This document shows positions 11,744 to 22,320 of a stretch of DNA of 41,569 bases, one piece after another. The stretch spans positions 148,381 through 189,949 of the forward strand of contig WELB01000010.1 in assembly GCA_009602725.1 (NCBI GenBank), in the 5' to 3' direction. The notes beneath the pieces are model-generated. The model was not told where the DNA came from. It was given only the letters and a program-made list of their open reading frames with translations, and ran no database searches. The DNA comes from Spirogloea muscicola (Eukaryota). The first letter of the stretch is position 1; each line of letters opens with the position of its first letter. The position numbers and the translations under genes were made by a program.

Positions 11744-13407
11744 TTTCCCACACGAATGGGTAGCCTGGGCTGCCGATCACTTGAAGAGACGGCGCAGGCA
11801 GCCTTTCTCGGTTGCTGGCACCAGGTTGCCTCCCTCCTCCCCTTGCGCTTCCCGTGTCTGGTGGGCCCAGCAGCCGAGGTGGAGCAAGGCTCCTTCGCCT
11901 TCCAAGTGCAATTGAGGAGCATCCAGGAGTCAGCAATCTGCTCCTTCCCCTGCAACCCCTTCTCACCCCCTTCTTAGCGCTGGCCCAAGCACCGGACAAA
12001 GCGGCACAGGCCAGACTCGTTGCTGCAGTTGAGGATGAGCGTTGCAAGTCGCTGAGGACGATGCCAGATATCAGTACCAATCCAAGGAGTCTGGCACGTC
12101 TCACATCGCTCGCAACAACTGCGGCATTGGACTGGCTTACAACGCACGCCATCCACAACGCTTTCAGATTCAGCCCCGAGGCATTCTGGACGCTTCTCCA
12201 GCTGTTCCTCGGCCTACCCCCGACCTGTCTGATTAGAGTAACTCATTATGAGTGCTGCTTCCGTGCGGAGGGCGGAGACCTTGCCACCCACATGCTGCGG
12301 TTTCCCACAGGCCCGGAGGTGGTGGGCGTCCATAACCTCCTACAGGACACCCTGGCTGGCCTGATGCGCGACGCCGGCTACTGCGCCATTGTGGAAGTAA
12401 GCAACGCAATGCCCATCACCACGAAGTCCCAGGGACGCCATCATCGTCGCACCCTGGACATTGTGGGTGTACAACCTGGCGGTGGCCCACGCGCCTTGGT
12501 GGACGTGGTGGTGACGGAGGCATACAAGAGCTCCGCTTCCACACACATGGCTGGCCACGCAGTGAGAGGTGCTGAGCAGAGAAAGCTCCGACACTACTCT
12601 GACTAACCCTGCAGCGCTAACCTCCTACCGGCAGCAATCGACACCTTTGGCTGCATGGGCCCTCGCTTCCACACCTTACTGCAGAATATTTCAAGCTTGG
12701 GGTACGCCCGACGTGAGGATAGGCTTCCAGCTCAGATGAGCATGCCGGCAGCCTATTTGTCATTCTTGCATCGTCGTGGGTCAACTTGTCTGCAGCGAGC
12801 TCAGGCTCATGCGTTGCATCAGAAAGCTGGTCAAGCCTTAGCTTTAGCTCAAGAGCTTGTCGATTGACGTCCAGTACTCGAGCATCAGTTAGCGACCTCT
12901 ATGTGCTGACTCGTGGTTACTGAGCGGGTCAGCTGAGCAGCAGGTGACGTACATATAACAATGTGCTTGCTTTTGTTCTTGGCCACACATGGCCCTCCAT
13001 CTCTTTATACACACGCATTCTCTTCTGGGACGCCACCTACTTATACAAAGTAGTAAGCAGCCGAAGAGAGCGCTCTCTTTTGGCTCAACGAGATATTGCT
13101 CTTGAACAGAGCTCTTGATAGCTACTCTGTCAGATTTGAGGCTCCTCACTCGTTGCTATTGAGTGATTCATCCTACCCTGTTTTCAGAATTGCGCTTTTG
13201 GCCCCTTCCTACTTTGGCCCCTTCGAACCTTGGCAAATCTTTCGGCTGGCTTCTCACAGCCCTTGCCCCATTGAGAGAGCCACTTCTCTTGAACGAAGGG
13301 GAGGGCAGGCTCAGACGGATGGTCGGGACTAACAGGGTGGAGCACATACAAATTCGACGGGCTATTTTGGGAAGTTGGAGCAACGCCACGGAAGCCAGTG
13401 GCCTGTT

Positions 13408-13600
13408 TAAGAGAGAAGGCGCGCGGAGCGCATGAAATGATAGGGTGGCTTATCAAAGCCAATACATTTCAGGCAAAAGCTAATGCACAAAGTCGTGCTA
13501 CATAAATTGAAGCTCAAGACTTCAGGTGGCTAAGATAACAGTGTGACGTTAGTACCCGCAAGTGAGCACATCAAAGAGAGGAAGAGGCTTCCAGGAGTGG
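13408..13600 (-). mobile_element. Family G-type 3' end
   Basis: LFDVLTCGY* followed by a 3' UTR like 6125-6192 (tgtattggct...gcc...tttcatgcgc.ccgcgcgccttctctctt). Confidence 0.7.
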
Positions 13601-13989
13601 GCGGTGGCTGGGAGAGGCCAGCCCAAAGAAATGATGAACATAAAAACCCGACAGGTTAACTCGGGGAGCCGGTGCGCCGCCACGGAAGCCGAAGTTCTAG
13701 GAGCGCACCCAGCACTTTGATGAAAAGTGTGGCACAGACTGGCGGAGCTGACGAGAGCGCCAGCCGGGAGGAGAAAATGGAGAGCAACGGAGTCTTGAGG
13801 GGCCTGAGTAGAGGCCACGTCCAAAGGCGAAGGCGAGGATGAGTAGGTGATAAGGGCAGGCGCGCACGAACTGGGGGTCGCGGCGTCATGCGCAAGCGGC
13901 AGATACGGAGATCTCGGGGCTGGACGTCGCGGCGGGCGGCGGGGTGGGGCGCCCGTACCAGCCGCCGCGCGGCGCGGTGCGGAGGTGGA

Positions 13990-14272
13990 AATGCGTGTAT
14001 ATTAAGAGATGGGGAGGCCATGTGTGGCCAAGTACAAAGGCAAGCACATTGGACAAATGTACGTCACCTGCTGCTAAGCTGACCCGCTCAGTAACCACGA
14101 GTCAGCACATAGAGGTCGCTAGCTGACGCTCGAATACCGGACGGCAATTGACTAGCTCTTGTGCCAGCAGCTAAGGCTCGACCAGCTTTCTGATGCAGAG
14201 CATACGCCTGAGCTCGTTGCAGACAGGTTGACACTCGACGTCGCAGAAATGACAGATTGGCTGCCGGCATAC
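13990..14272 (-). mobile_element. Family C 3' end
   Basis: MPAANLSFLRRRVSTCLQRAQAYALHQKAGRALAAG...LYVLTRGY* plus the C-type UTR. Confidence 0.85.
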
Positions 14273-14980
14273 ATACGGAGGTGGAGGTGCGCGCAGCGGC
14301 ACTGTTGTTGGTCTTCGACTTAGGAAAAAGCTCGCCCATAGAAGAGGGGCTGGCAGAAGCCAGCCAAAAAAGAATGGACCATTGCCAAAGAGCTACAGGA
14401 GAATCACTTAGTAACCTTTGCTAAGCAGCCGCAGGTCGGAGATGCTAGGCTTCGACTAAGCGCTTTTCTGGCCCCTTTAAATGTTATGCACTCCTTTCTT
14501 CTGGGCTGGCCAATAACAGCCATCGCCCTCAACTGGAAGTTAAAAGAAGAGTATCTCTCTTTTCTGGCTCCTTTGATCTTCGCCTCCTCTCCTGGAAGCG
14601 TCTTTCTTTCTTCGATCTTGGATCATTCCGTTTTCTTTCTTCTTTCACCTTGACCACCTTAGGATAGCGCTCATTTCAGGTAGCCCCACGTTTTGCACTA
14701 GCTTTCGCCTGAACAGTGTATTGCTAAAGCTGGCCACTCTTTCGTTCATGTGCTCCGCGGGCCTTATTCTGCGCTGATCACAGCCATCGCCCTCTTTGGA
14801 AGAGTCTCACTCTCTTTCATTCTCTCTTCCTAAATTCTTGCGGCGGCGGTAACAACAAGCGAGCTCGTCCAAGGGGGGCGGGGTCTGTAAATGGCCAGCC
14901 CATATAGAAAGAACACGGTCAGAAGGGCCGAATGTCGCCAGAACACACAGCTATGCAAGAGACTACAGCGCATCTGACAA

Positions 14981-15032
14981 TACCTGTCTCAGCGAGCGGG
15001 TACCTGTCTCAGCGTCAGTACCTGTCTCAGCG
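14981..15032 (+). repeat. Three direct copies of the 14-mer TACCTGTCTCAGCG
   Basis: Exact copies at 14981-14994, 15001-15014 and 15019-15032. Confidence 0.9.
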
Positions 15033-15987
15033 GTCCCCGGAGAGTCCGCTGCGCCGCGCGGCGATCGCCGAGAGATGCGGCGAGATCCACGGAGCTCGCG
15101 CCGCCGCAGCCGCTTCTGCGCTTGGGCGCCGCGGCGCGCCGCGCGGCCGGCGAGGCGCGAGGTCGCGGCGGGCCGCGGCGGGGGGTTTAAATCCTCACGA
15201 TAATTCTCACTGGGCGAGCTACTTTCTTCCGATAATCACTCTCTAGGCTGGCCAATCACAGCCATCCCCCAAGTTTGAAAGAAGTCTCTTTTCCTTTCCA
15301 AGCCCCTCGGAGTCTTTGGTGGGGCGTGCGGGATCAGACGAAGGCTCACGCGGTGTGCGTGCATCGGGAGACCTTTTTACACCTGGTACATTCCTTCGGG
15401 CTGGTCTCACAGCCATTGCCTTACATTGGAAGAGCTGTTTCCTAGAGGGAGGCCTATTTACGCCGATACACCTTTCAGACAGGAAGCCAGTGCAAAAATT
15501 GGGGCTACCCAATGCGGAGCTTTGCGCTGAGGGGGGGCTGAGGTGACAGAGCAAAAGCGGGAACAATGGGGGCTTTGAGTTCCGCGATCACGAATGAGCA
15601 CACATCGTATTCGACAGGCTAAGTTGGGCAGCCGGAAAGGGTTTGAAAGGAGGCGCGCGGTGCACATAAGATGAGAGGGAGGCCAAAGCAAGCCAGTACA
15701 CAGGTCAAGAGAAATATATATGTAGGTGAGAGAAGTAAAATCTGCATACAGGAGAAAAGCTGAGAGACCGGAACACCGCCACACAGGCCAGTGGCCCGGG
15801 CGTGCGCGCCCAGCAAGCTTGCTGGGAGCAAGCTGATGTGCATGTAGCACAGCCAGAAGAAGGAAGTGCTCGCCCGTTGAAGAAGAAGGCGCGCTCGAAC
15901 TTTTTTCAGTCTTTTCTGGGCTGGCTTTTCCCAGCGCCCTATCCTCATTGGGCGAGCCCCTCTCTGTGCGCAGAGCAGGAGAAGGAA

Positions 15988-16452
15988 AAAAGATCGTGTA
16001 TTAGAAAGAAATGTAGGCCAAATGGCCAGGTACAAAGGCAAGCACATCTAAAAATCTACATAACCTACAGCAGATTGACCCGCTCAATAACCACGGGTCA
16101 AAACATAAAGGTCACTACTCGATGCATGAATACTAGATGCCAGGAACGGAGCCAAAGAGAAGGGAGTGGTGCGGAGCTTCCCAGCTTACTCTTTCCTGGA
16201 CCTTGTGAATACTTTTCGGGTTTTTGTCATTCTTCTTCTGGATTGGCCAAATCTGACATCGCCCTCCACTAGTTGGTGGCAAAAGGGCTCCGTTTCTGGC
16301 ATCTGATATAAATGCATCGAGTAGTGACCTTTTTATTTTGACCCGTGGTTATTGAGCGGGTCAATCTGCTGTAGGTTATGTAGATCGTTAGATGTGCTGG
16401 TCTTTGTACTTGGCCATTTGGCCTACATTTGTTTCTTATACACGGAATGTTT
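15988..16452. mobile_element. Two family C' 3' ends in divergent orientation (~15988-16153 minus; ~16270-16452 plus), forming an imperfect inverted repeat
   Basis: Both match 8671-8830 (...TRGY* gcgggtcaatctgctgtaggttatgtagat...tggccatttggcctacattt). Confidence 0.8.
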
Positions 16453-17625
16453 CTTCACTGGAAGAGACTCTCTCTTTCGGGCTCGCTTTGGTCACAGCGC
16501 ACGCCCCACCTTGGCGAGCTGCTGCTTCTTCTTTCCCGGCGGGGCGGACGGCGGCGTGGACACGAGCGGGGGGGGCGATGGACGGCTTGCCGCACGGGCG
16601 AGCCAGGGCGCCGGCCGACCTTCCGCATCGAGTGGAGTGAGGACCGGCGGGGGATGCGGGCGCGCACCTCGGCACGCCCCGGCGCCCGCGGCCCCCGCAG
16701 CGGCGGTTCGTGGGCCCTACCGGAAAAGATCGTCGCACGAGCGGGTAGCTGCTGTTGTTTGGGGCGAGCGCGCGCGCCTCGTATCGAGCTGCAGATCCCG
16801 GCGACCGGGTGGAGACGAGAGCGGACCGCCGGGGGCGACAGGGCGCGCCGTCTTGGGGAGCCGCGGATCCCCGCTCCACGATGAAAGCCACCGCCGCGGC
16901 GATAAGGCGCGCGCTTCCACGAAAGGTGAAGATGGTGGAAGCCGCGCCGCTTTTTGGCCGCGGGCAGGGCAGCCGCTTGCGCTCCCGTCTGGGGCTGCGA
17001 ACAGAAGGGGATCCCCCCACGATTAGCAAACCCGCCCCTGACGGTGATACGGGCAGCCCGCTCGTTCCGACCGCCCGACCCGGCCCCCAGCCGCCCGACC
17101 GGGCGCCAGGCTGGCCGCCCAGGGCGGGTCGTGCGGGCGCCCCCTGGCCTCCGCAGACCTCACCTGGACGGCAGGCCGCGACAGCGCCCCGGTGGCGCCC
17201 AAGTGCACCTGGGAGGTACGCGACGCCCGCGCCGCTGCGGCCAGGGCCTGCAGGAGACGTTCCGGGCGCGGGTGCCCCGGCGGGGAGGGGGGTGCCCGGG
17301 GCTCTGTCCCACAGCGGTGAGGGGCCGGCGCCGCCCACGGGAAACATTACGATGTGGAGCCTGCGCTTCGGAGGGGAAGGGGGGACGCCTTTGGAGGGGG
17401 CCGCCGGGCGAGGCGCTCGGCGGGGGCGTGCAACCGGTGCCGGGGGGGGCAGCTGCGGCAGCTCCAACCACTGCCGCCCCGCACGCCCTGCCAGTCAGCC
17501 CCGGCGGGCGGAACCCCCCCCCCCCCGGCCCCTTGTTCCCCCGCCTCGGAGCTCCAAACCCTCCGACCCCGCGCCTCGAACCCGCCACTCTTCCGCCGCC
17601 CACCCCCTCCTTCCCCCCGGCCGCC

Positions 17626-19065
17626 ATGTCCGCCATGGAGCAGCTGGTGGCCGGCGTGATCGCCCAGCAGCTCCCCGGCGCGCTGGCCGGCCTCAACGGC
17701 CTCCCGCAGCCGCTGCTGCAGCAGGCCGCCGCGCTCTCGCTCTTGCGCCAGCTCCGCGCCCGCCAGCCCCAGCAGCCCACCGCGCCGCCTCCGCCGCCGC
17801 AGGGCTTCGGCCACGCGGAGCTGGCCCAGATGCTGGCCCTGCAGCAGCCCCACGCGGCGCAGATGCCGCCCGCCCAGCTCGTCCAGGCCGCCGCCCAGCA
17901 GCAGCAGCAGCAGCAGCAGCAGATCCAGCAGCTGCAGCACCTCCAGCAGGCGCAGGCCATGTTCGGCGCCGGCGGCGGCGGCGGCGTCAGCCCGACCAGC
18001 GTCCTGCCCGGCGGCGTCTCCCACGAGCTGCTGTGGAAACTGCAGCTGCTGCAGCAGCAGGAGCGCCTACGGGCCAGCCCGGCGAGCCAAGCCATGGCCA
18101 TGCTCGGCGGCGGCGACTCCAGCCGCCTGCTGCTGGCGGAGCAGTGCGAGGAGTCGGCCGAGCCGGCCTCGGCGACTGCCGCCGCGCCCGTGACGCCGTC
18201 GCCCGTCTCTGCTGCCGTCGCCCCACTGCCGCCGGCCCCGCAGATGTCCCATCATCTCGATCCGCTCGCGGAGTTCTCGCTCGGCGGCGAGCCCGAGAAC
18301 TGGTGCGACGCCCTCCTGTGCATGGACGACGCAGGCCTCCCCGACTCGTCGCTGCTTGCCAACCTCGACCAGCTCGGCTGCGGCGGCGGCGTCGGCGACT
18401 GGGCGCCCCCCCGCTTCTTCCTGCAGCCGGAGATCAACGAGGTCAGCGCGTCGGCAAGCTCCGGGTCGTCTGGCAAGCGGGTGCACTGCGAAGCTGCATG
18501 GCAGCCCGAGAACTCCTCCCAGGAAGACTCTTCTGCGCCGTCTGCCAGTGGCCCCCGCCCTGCCAAGCGCGTCTGCGTGGAGCAAGCACAACCAACAGCA
18601 GCCGCGGCTCCTGCAGCAGCGGCAGTCCCTGCAGCGGCAAAGTTTGAGGCTATGCCTGCGGCCAAGCTTGAGCTCCTCTCGCCGCCGTCGCCTGCTGCTG
18701 ATGTGGAAGCCGCAGCCCTGGCCAGCCCCTTCGAGGAGGATGACAACGACAATGACATCGACAACGAGGGTGAGAACGAGGGCGAGTCTCCACCGGCACC
18801 TGCTGTAGGATTGGACGGTGCCAAGATGTCGCCCGTGCTGGAGCCAGCAAAGCCGCGGCAGAAGCGCGGCACTGCCACGGATCCCCAGTCGCTGGCAGCG
18901 CGTGCACGCCGCGAGCGCATCAGCCGCAAGCTGCGCACGCTGCAAACACTTGTGCCCAACGGCAACCGGCTCGACACTGCCACGATGCTGGACCAGGCGA
19001 TCGAGTACGTCCGCTTCCTGCAGCTGCAGCTCCGGAACAAGAACAGCAACCACTACGCCCTGTGA
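17626..19065 (+). CDS. Intronless bHLH transcription factor, plant subfamily VIII (RSL/HEC-like), ~479 aa
   Basis: ATG in gccATGt context at 17626, within ORF 16954..19065. Gln/Ala-rich N-terminus. C-terminal bHLH KRGTATDPQSLAARARRERISRKLRTLQTLVPNGNRLDTATMLDQAIEYVRFLQLQL. The DPQS-AAR pattern is typical of subfamily VIII. Confidence 0.9.
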   Translation: MSAMEQLVAGVIAQQLPGALAGLNGLPQPLLQQAAALSLLRQLRARQPQQPTAPPPPPQGFGHAELAQMLALQQPHAAQMPPAQLVQAAAQQQQQQQQQIQQLQHLQQAQAMFGAGGGGGVSPTSVLPGGVSHELLWKLQLLQQQERLRASPASQAMAMLGGGDSSRLLLAEQCEESAEPASATAAAPVTPSPVSAAVAPLPPAPQMSHHLDPLAEFSLGGEPENWCDALLCMDDAGLPDSSLLANLDQLGCGGGVGDWAPPRFFLQPEINEVSASASSGSSGKRVHCEAAWQPENSSQEDSSAPSASGPRPAKRVCVEQAQPTAAAAPAAAAVPAAAKFEAMPAAKLELLSPPSPAADVEAAALASPFEEDDNDNDIDNEGENEGESPPAPAVGLDGAKMSPVLEPAKPRQKRGTATDPQSLAARARRERISRKLRTLQTLVPNGNRLDTATMLDQAIEYVRFLQLQLRNKNSNHYAL

Positions 19066-20439
19066 TCGCAGCTGCCTCCTTTGCCGCCACTCTCCAGCCT
19101 CCCAAGTGCTCAACTTGAACGCTTTGTGTGATTGCAAACCACGCACTCTCTCCCCCCTTCCTTCCTCGTGTTTGGTGGTGTGTGCCGACTATGCTGAACC
19201 CGGCATGTGGTAGTTTGGGTAGCTGAGCCACAATCCTTAAGATAGTTTGGTTTTTCCGGATGCTCACATCCCTTGCTGGGCGTTGCGCCCAGCTTTGGTG
19301 ACTAGAGGAGCTTGTAGACGAGGCCCCCCCCCAATCTCATCCCTGGTCCCCAACCCCCTCCCCCCTCGGCGTCGCGCTGCTGGGCAGGGGTTTGGTGACC
19401 AGTGTGCTTTGTCAGGCATCCATTTTGCCTGGCTACTTTCCTCAAATAATTGGTCGGAGCCCCCTCTCCCACTATGGGAAGGCCGCCCACAAGTAGCATG
19501 ACACATCTGTAGCAAGCAGACTGTTCTGGGTGCAACTCAAATAAGCGAACTTGACCATGACATCTGCAGTCTCGGCCCTCTTGCAATCTCATCTCACCTC
19601 CTCCTTCGCATATGTGACCGGGTTGCCTACAACCTTGTCCTTGTCCTCAGATGTCCAGACTAGAAGAAACTTGCCTTCAAAGAATAATTTAAGTGCAGTG
19701 ATGCAGGCAGATTTGTGTCAAACGTCCAGTTGCAGGTCGTTGTCAGGGAGTCAAATGTGGTCACAATCAAGAAGAGTAAGCAACTGGCCTGCTCTGACGG
19801 CACAGCGAGGGCTGTCACCGTAAGATTGGTCAGCCTGCCTAAGGTATGGCAAATTTCAGGCTGGAAGAGGTACTCCACATGCAGCAGCAGCCAACTTGAT
19901 CATATTGTATTGCCCTCGCAGCTCCTTGACTTTCTTCTAGGTTGGAGCTCCACCGATCACTTGCTGCCAGACGCCGATGCACTTGACTAGCACCATTCAC
20001 AGCAGCTGCCAAGTCAAGCTCGGTGGTATAAGGCAAGGGGATAGGCATAGAGCAGCGAGCAGCCGGAGGCCAGATCTAGTGGCTCTTGCCTTGGTTTCTC
20101 ACATGCATGCCTAGGTGACGCGCCAGCAAGGCCAGCCGTTTGTCATGCATCTGCACGCTGCATCTGCAAGCTGGGCGCGCTGTAGCAGCAGCCTTCGGTG
20201 TCCTTGCAGGGCCTCCCTATGACTTTCCTTTCACCGAATCTCAGTTGCTGAGAAAGATGGCTGTGTGCCTAGCGGCAGCTCGCTGGAGTCCTCCGTTTGG
20301 CGTCTGATCTGGCCGGCAGCAAATCCTGCCTTTATCTGGTGCGCTCTTCCCGGTGCGAAACGCCAAGACCGGTGAGTGAATGGGAGGGCTTCGGCAGAGG
20401 CCGCCACGCCCCCCGCAGGCATTACGATGGAATCCCCCA

Positions 20440-20900
20440 GAAGACTCTTGCATCCGTGCACTGAGGACAAACATGGAGGCTACGGTATGAGGTGGTCCTC
20501 CTCCTTCCAGCATTGGGGCCAGCTGGTTGACGCGCATCATCGTAGTCGGAATGGCAGCTTAATTTCACTGGCATTTCGCAGGCGATGGTTGCATGTCACA
20601 GTATGCGGCTCTAGATAATTTGCAGCGATTCCCAAGCTTGGCTAAGACATCGGTCTGCTGGGCACGCACCAAGCCAGGCCACTGGATACCATGAAGCGGT
20701 GCTCCGCCTCCCCGAGTTAGCTTATCGGAGTCGTATGTGCTCACTCGTGGTTATGGAAGATCTTCAGCCATGCGCTTACTCAGACACTCTTGGCGTAGGG
20801 CTCGCTTTGTATAGCCCAAGCCTTTGCACTAGCTCGCTAAATAGACTATTGAATTGACCTGGCATCCCTTTCACTCTCTGTGCATCACGCGCCTGCCCCT
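20440..20900 (+). mobile_element. Decayed family G 3' end
   Basis: HPCTEDKHGGYGMRWSS..QH..QLVD and gtgctcactcgtggttat, followed by a G-type UTR. Confidence 0.7.
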
Positions 20901-21249
20901 TATAGGTAGTTAACATGTGTCGAAAAGCTTGCCTCAGTACTTAGCCTTTGCCTTGCATGACTTATCAGAAGCTTTTCCCAGTAGGCGGCACCACCGCCGG
21001 GCCCGTCACAGAAAGACACTAGTACTCGTCAAGAGAAGAAGTTCATTTGAAAGGGGGCGAGGTCTGAAAAGCCAGCCCGCGAAGAGATAGAGAAAAGATG
21101 CTGGGTGCGCATTAGATAAAGGCCGACTAAGGCCAACTCAAGCTTAGCAGTGCTCAGCAAAAGCTGGTGCTAAGGATGGGTCTACATAGAGGGAGGCCCT
21201 CTGCTGAGGGGGCCTGACTTACCAATACGGAAGTGGGCCGAAGGGGGAC

Positions 21250-21720
21250 TTCAGTACCCACAAGTGAGCACATCCAGATCCGACAGGCTGACTTGGGAAG
21301 CCGGAGCACCGCTCCACGAGAGCCGGAGGCCTGGCCTAGAGCGCGCCCAGCACGCTGATGAGTAGCCAGAGCTTGGGATCGCTGCAAACATACCAGAAGA
21401 GGCAGTCTGTGACATGCAACACAAGTGATGAGCAAGAGGGAAGGCGCGTGGAGCGCATAAAATAGAGGAGGTCAATTCAAGCCAATACATTGTTCAGGCA
21501 GAATCTAGTGCAGAATAAACAAGGCTACATGAAGCGGAGCCCTCTGCTAAGGTGCCTAAGGTAACAGGATGACATTGGTACTCACGGGTGAGCACATGCA
21601 AATCCGACAAGCTAACTTGGGAAGCCGGAGCGCCGCTACGGAAGCCGGTGGCCTCATTTAGAGCACGCCTGCACGCTGATGAACAGCCAGAGCTTGGGAG
21701 CGCTGCAAACTAAGCGAAAG
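21250..21720 (-). mobile_element. Two tandem family G 3' ends
   Basis: Two LQRSQALA.HQRA..AL..ASG.R segments. One ends DLDVLTCGY*, and a G-type UTR lies at 21435-21530. Confidence 0.7.
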
Positions 21721-21739
21721 AGAGAGTGCTCGCCCATTG

Positions 21740-22320
21740 AGAGAAAGCGCGGCCAGATTGACTGGTGGCTGGGAAAGGCCAGCCCAAAAGAATGGACAAG
21801 GTCTGAGGGAGCTTGAGTGCGAACGACTAGGACTAAGACATCAGCCAGGGAACTCAGTAACCTCTAGACAGGAGATGCAGATCCGAGTAGCTAGCTGGTG
21901 GAAAGACGTCGCCCTGACGGAAGCCGGAGGCCGCCGCCAAAGCACAAAAAGATTGATTTGGGATGAGCTTACAAAGATATGGCGAAGTAATAAAAACTGT
22001 GTTAGAGGTTTTATCCTGAATGCAGTCAATGGAGGATATGCTGTAGCTATTGCTGGTCATATTGCATGTAGGCCTGCGCGCAAGTGAACCGCGAAGGCGA
22101 GGGACCGCTGCATCGAGACGGCCAAACGCATACGGAACACCTGAGCGAGGGACCCGGCTACGTTGAAGCCGGGCTGCTCGCCCTGCTGCCCGAGGCGGCG
22201 GGCCGCTGCACGCCGCGCCAGGCGGTGGAGCAAGTCAAGCCATTTGGAGCCAAAGGCTCCGTACACGTCCAGTGCCAGTGGAACGAACTCGTCGCCCACC
22301 GGGTGGTCAGAGTACTTCCG
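21740..22320 (-). mobile_element. 5'-truncated family D copy inserted into a family E 3' tip; carries a foreign AT-rich insert
   Basis: DHPVGDEFVPLALDVYGAFGSKWLDLLHRLARR...FAVHLRAG, then LLSRGY* and a UTR matching 38870-38985. The E tip is split at ctattctc|aatgggcgagcac. Confidence 0.85.
21944..22070 (+). other. rps1: NUMT-like fragment of mitochondrial ribosomal protein S1
   Basis: 127-bp AT-rich insert encoding TKRLIWDELTKIWRSNKNCVRGFILNAVNGGYAVAIAGHIA, which resembles plant mitochondrial Rps1 as I recall it (ELxKIWR...VKGFI..V.GGY.VAIAG.I.FLP). It is absent from sister copies at 36730-36770 and 38760-38800. Confidence 0.8.

Larger units (their letters stand above)
8840..13025 (+). mobile_element. 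Degenerate family C element (8840-9050 and 11744-13025) with family B copies nested inside
   Basis: The reading LPLLGDPQLALAILTRC...QQASLP stops at 9050 and resumes TRMGSLGCRSL at ~11748. The same stretch is contiguous in the antisense copy at 6920-7075. It contains frameshifts and stops, and ends in RGY* plus the C-type 3' UTR. Confidence 0.8.

Noticed and set aside
16436..18647. Long alternative-frame ORFs (16755..18647 +, 16436..17467 -, 17160..18101 -) and the non-ATG extension 16954-17625
   Set aside because: Arg/Pro/Ala-rich shadow frames of very GC-rich DNA overlapping the bHLH gene, with no recognisable domain.
19520..20050. Possible decayed hAT transposase C-terminus on the minus strand
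   Set aside because: Only a vague resemblance (RLTNLTVTALAVPSE), with multiple stops and no terminal repeats.
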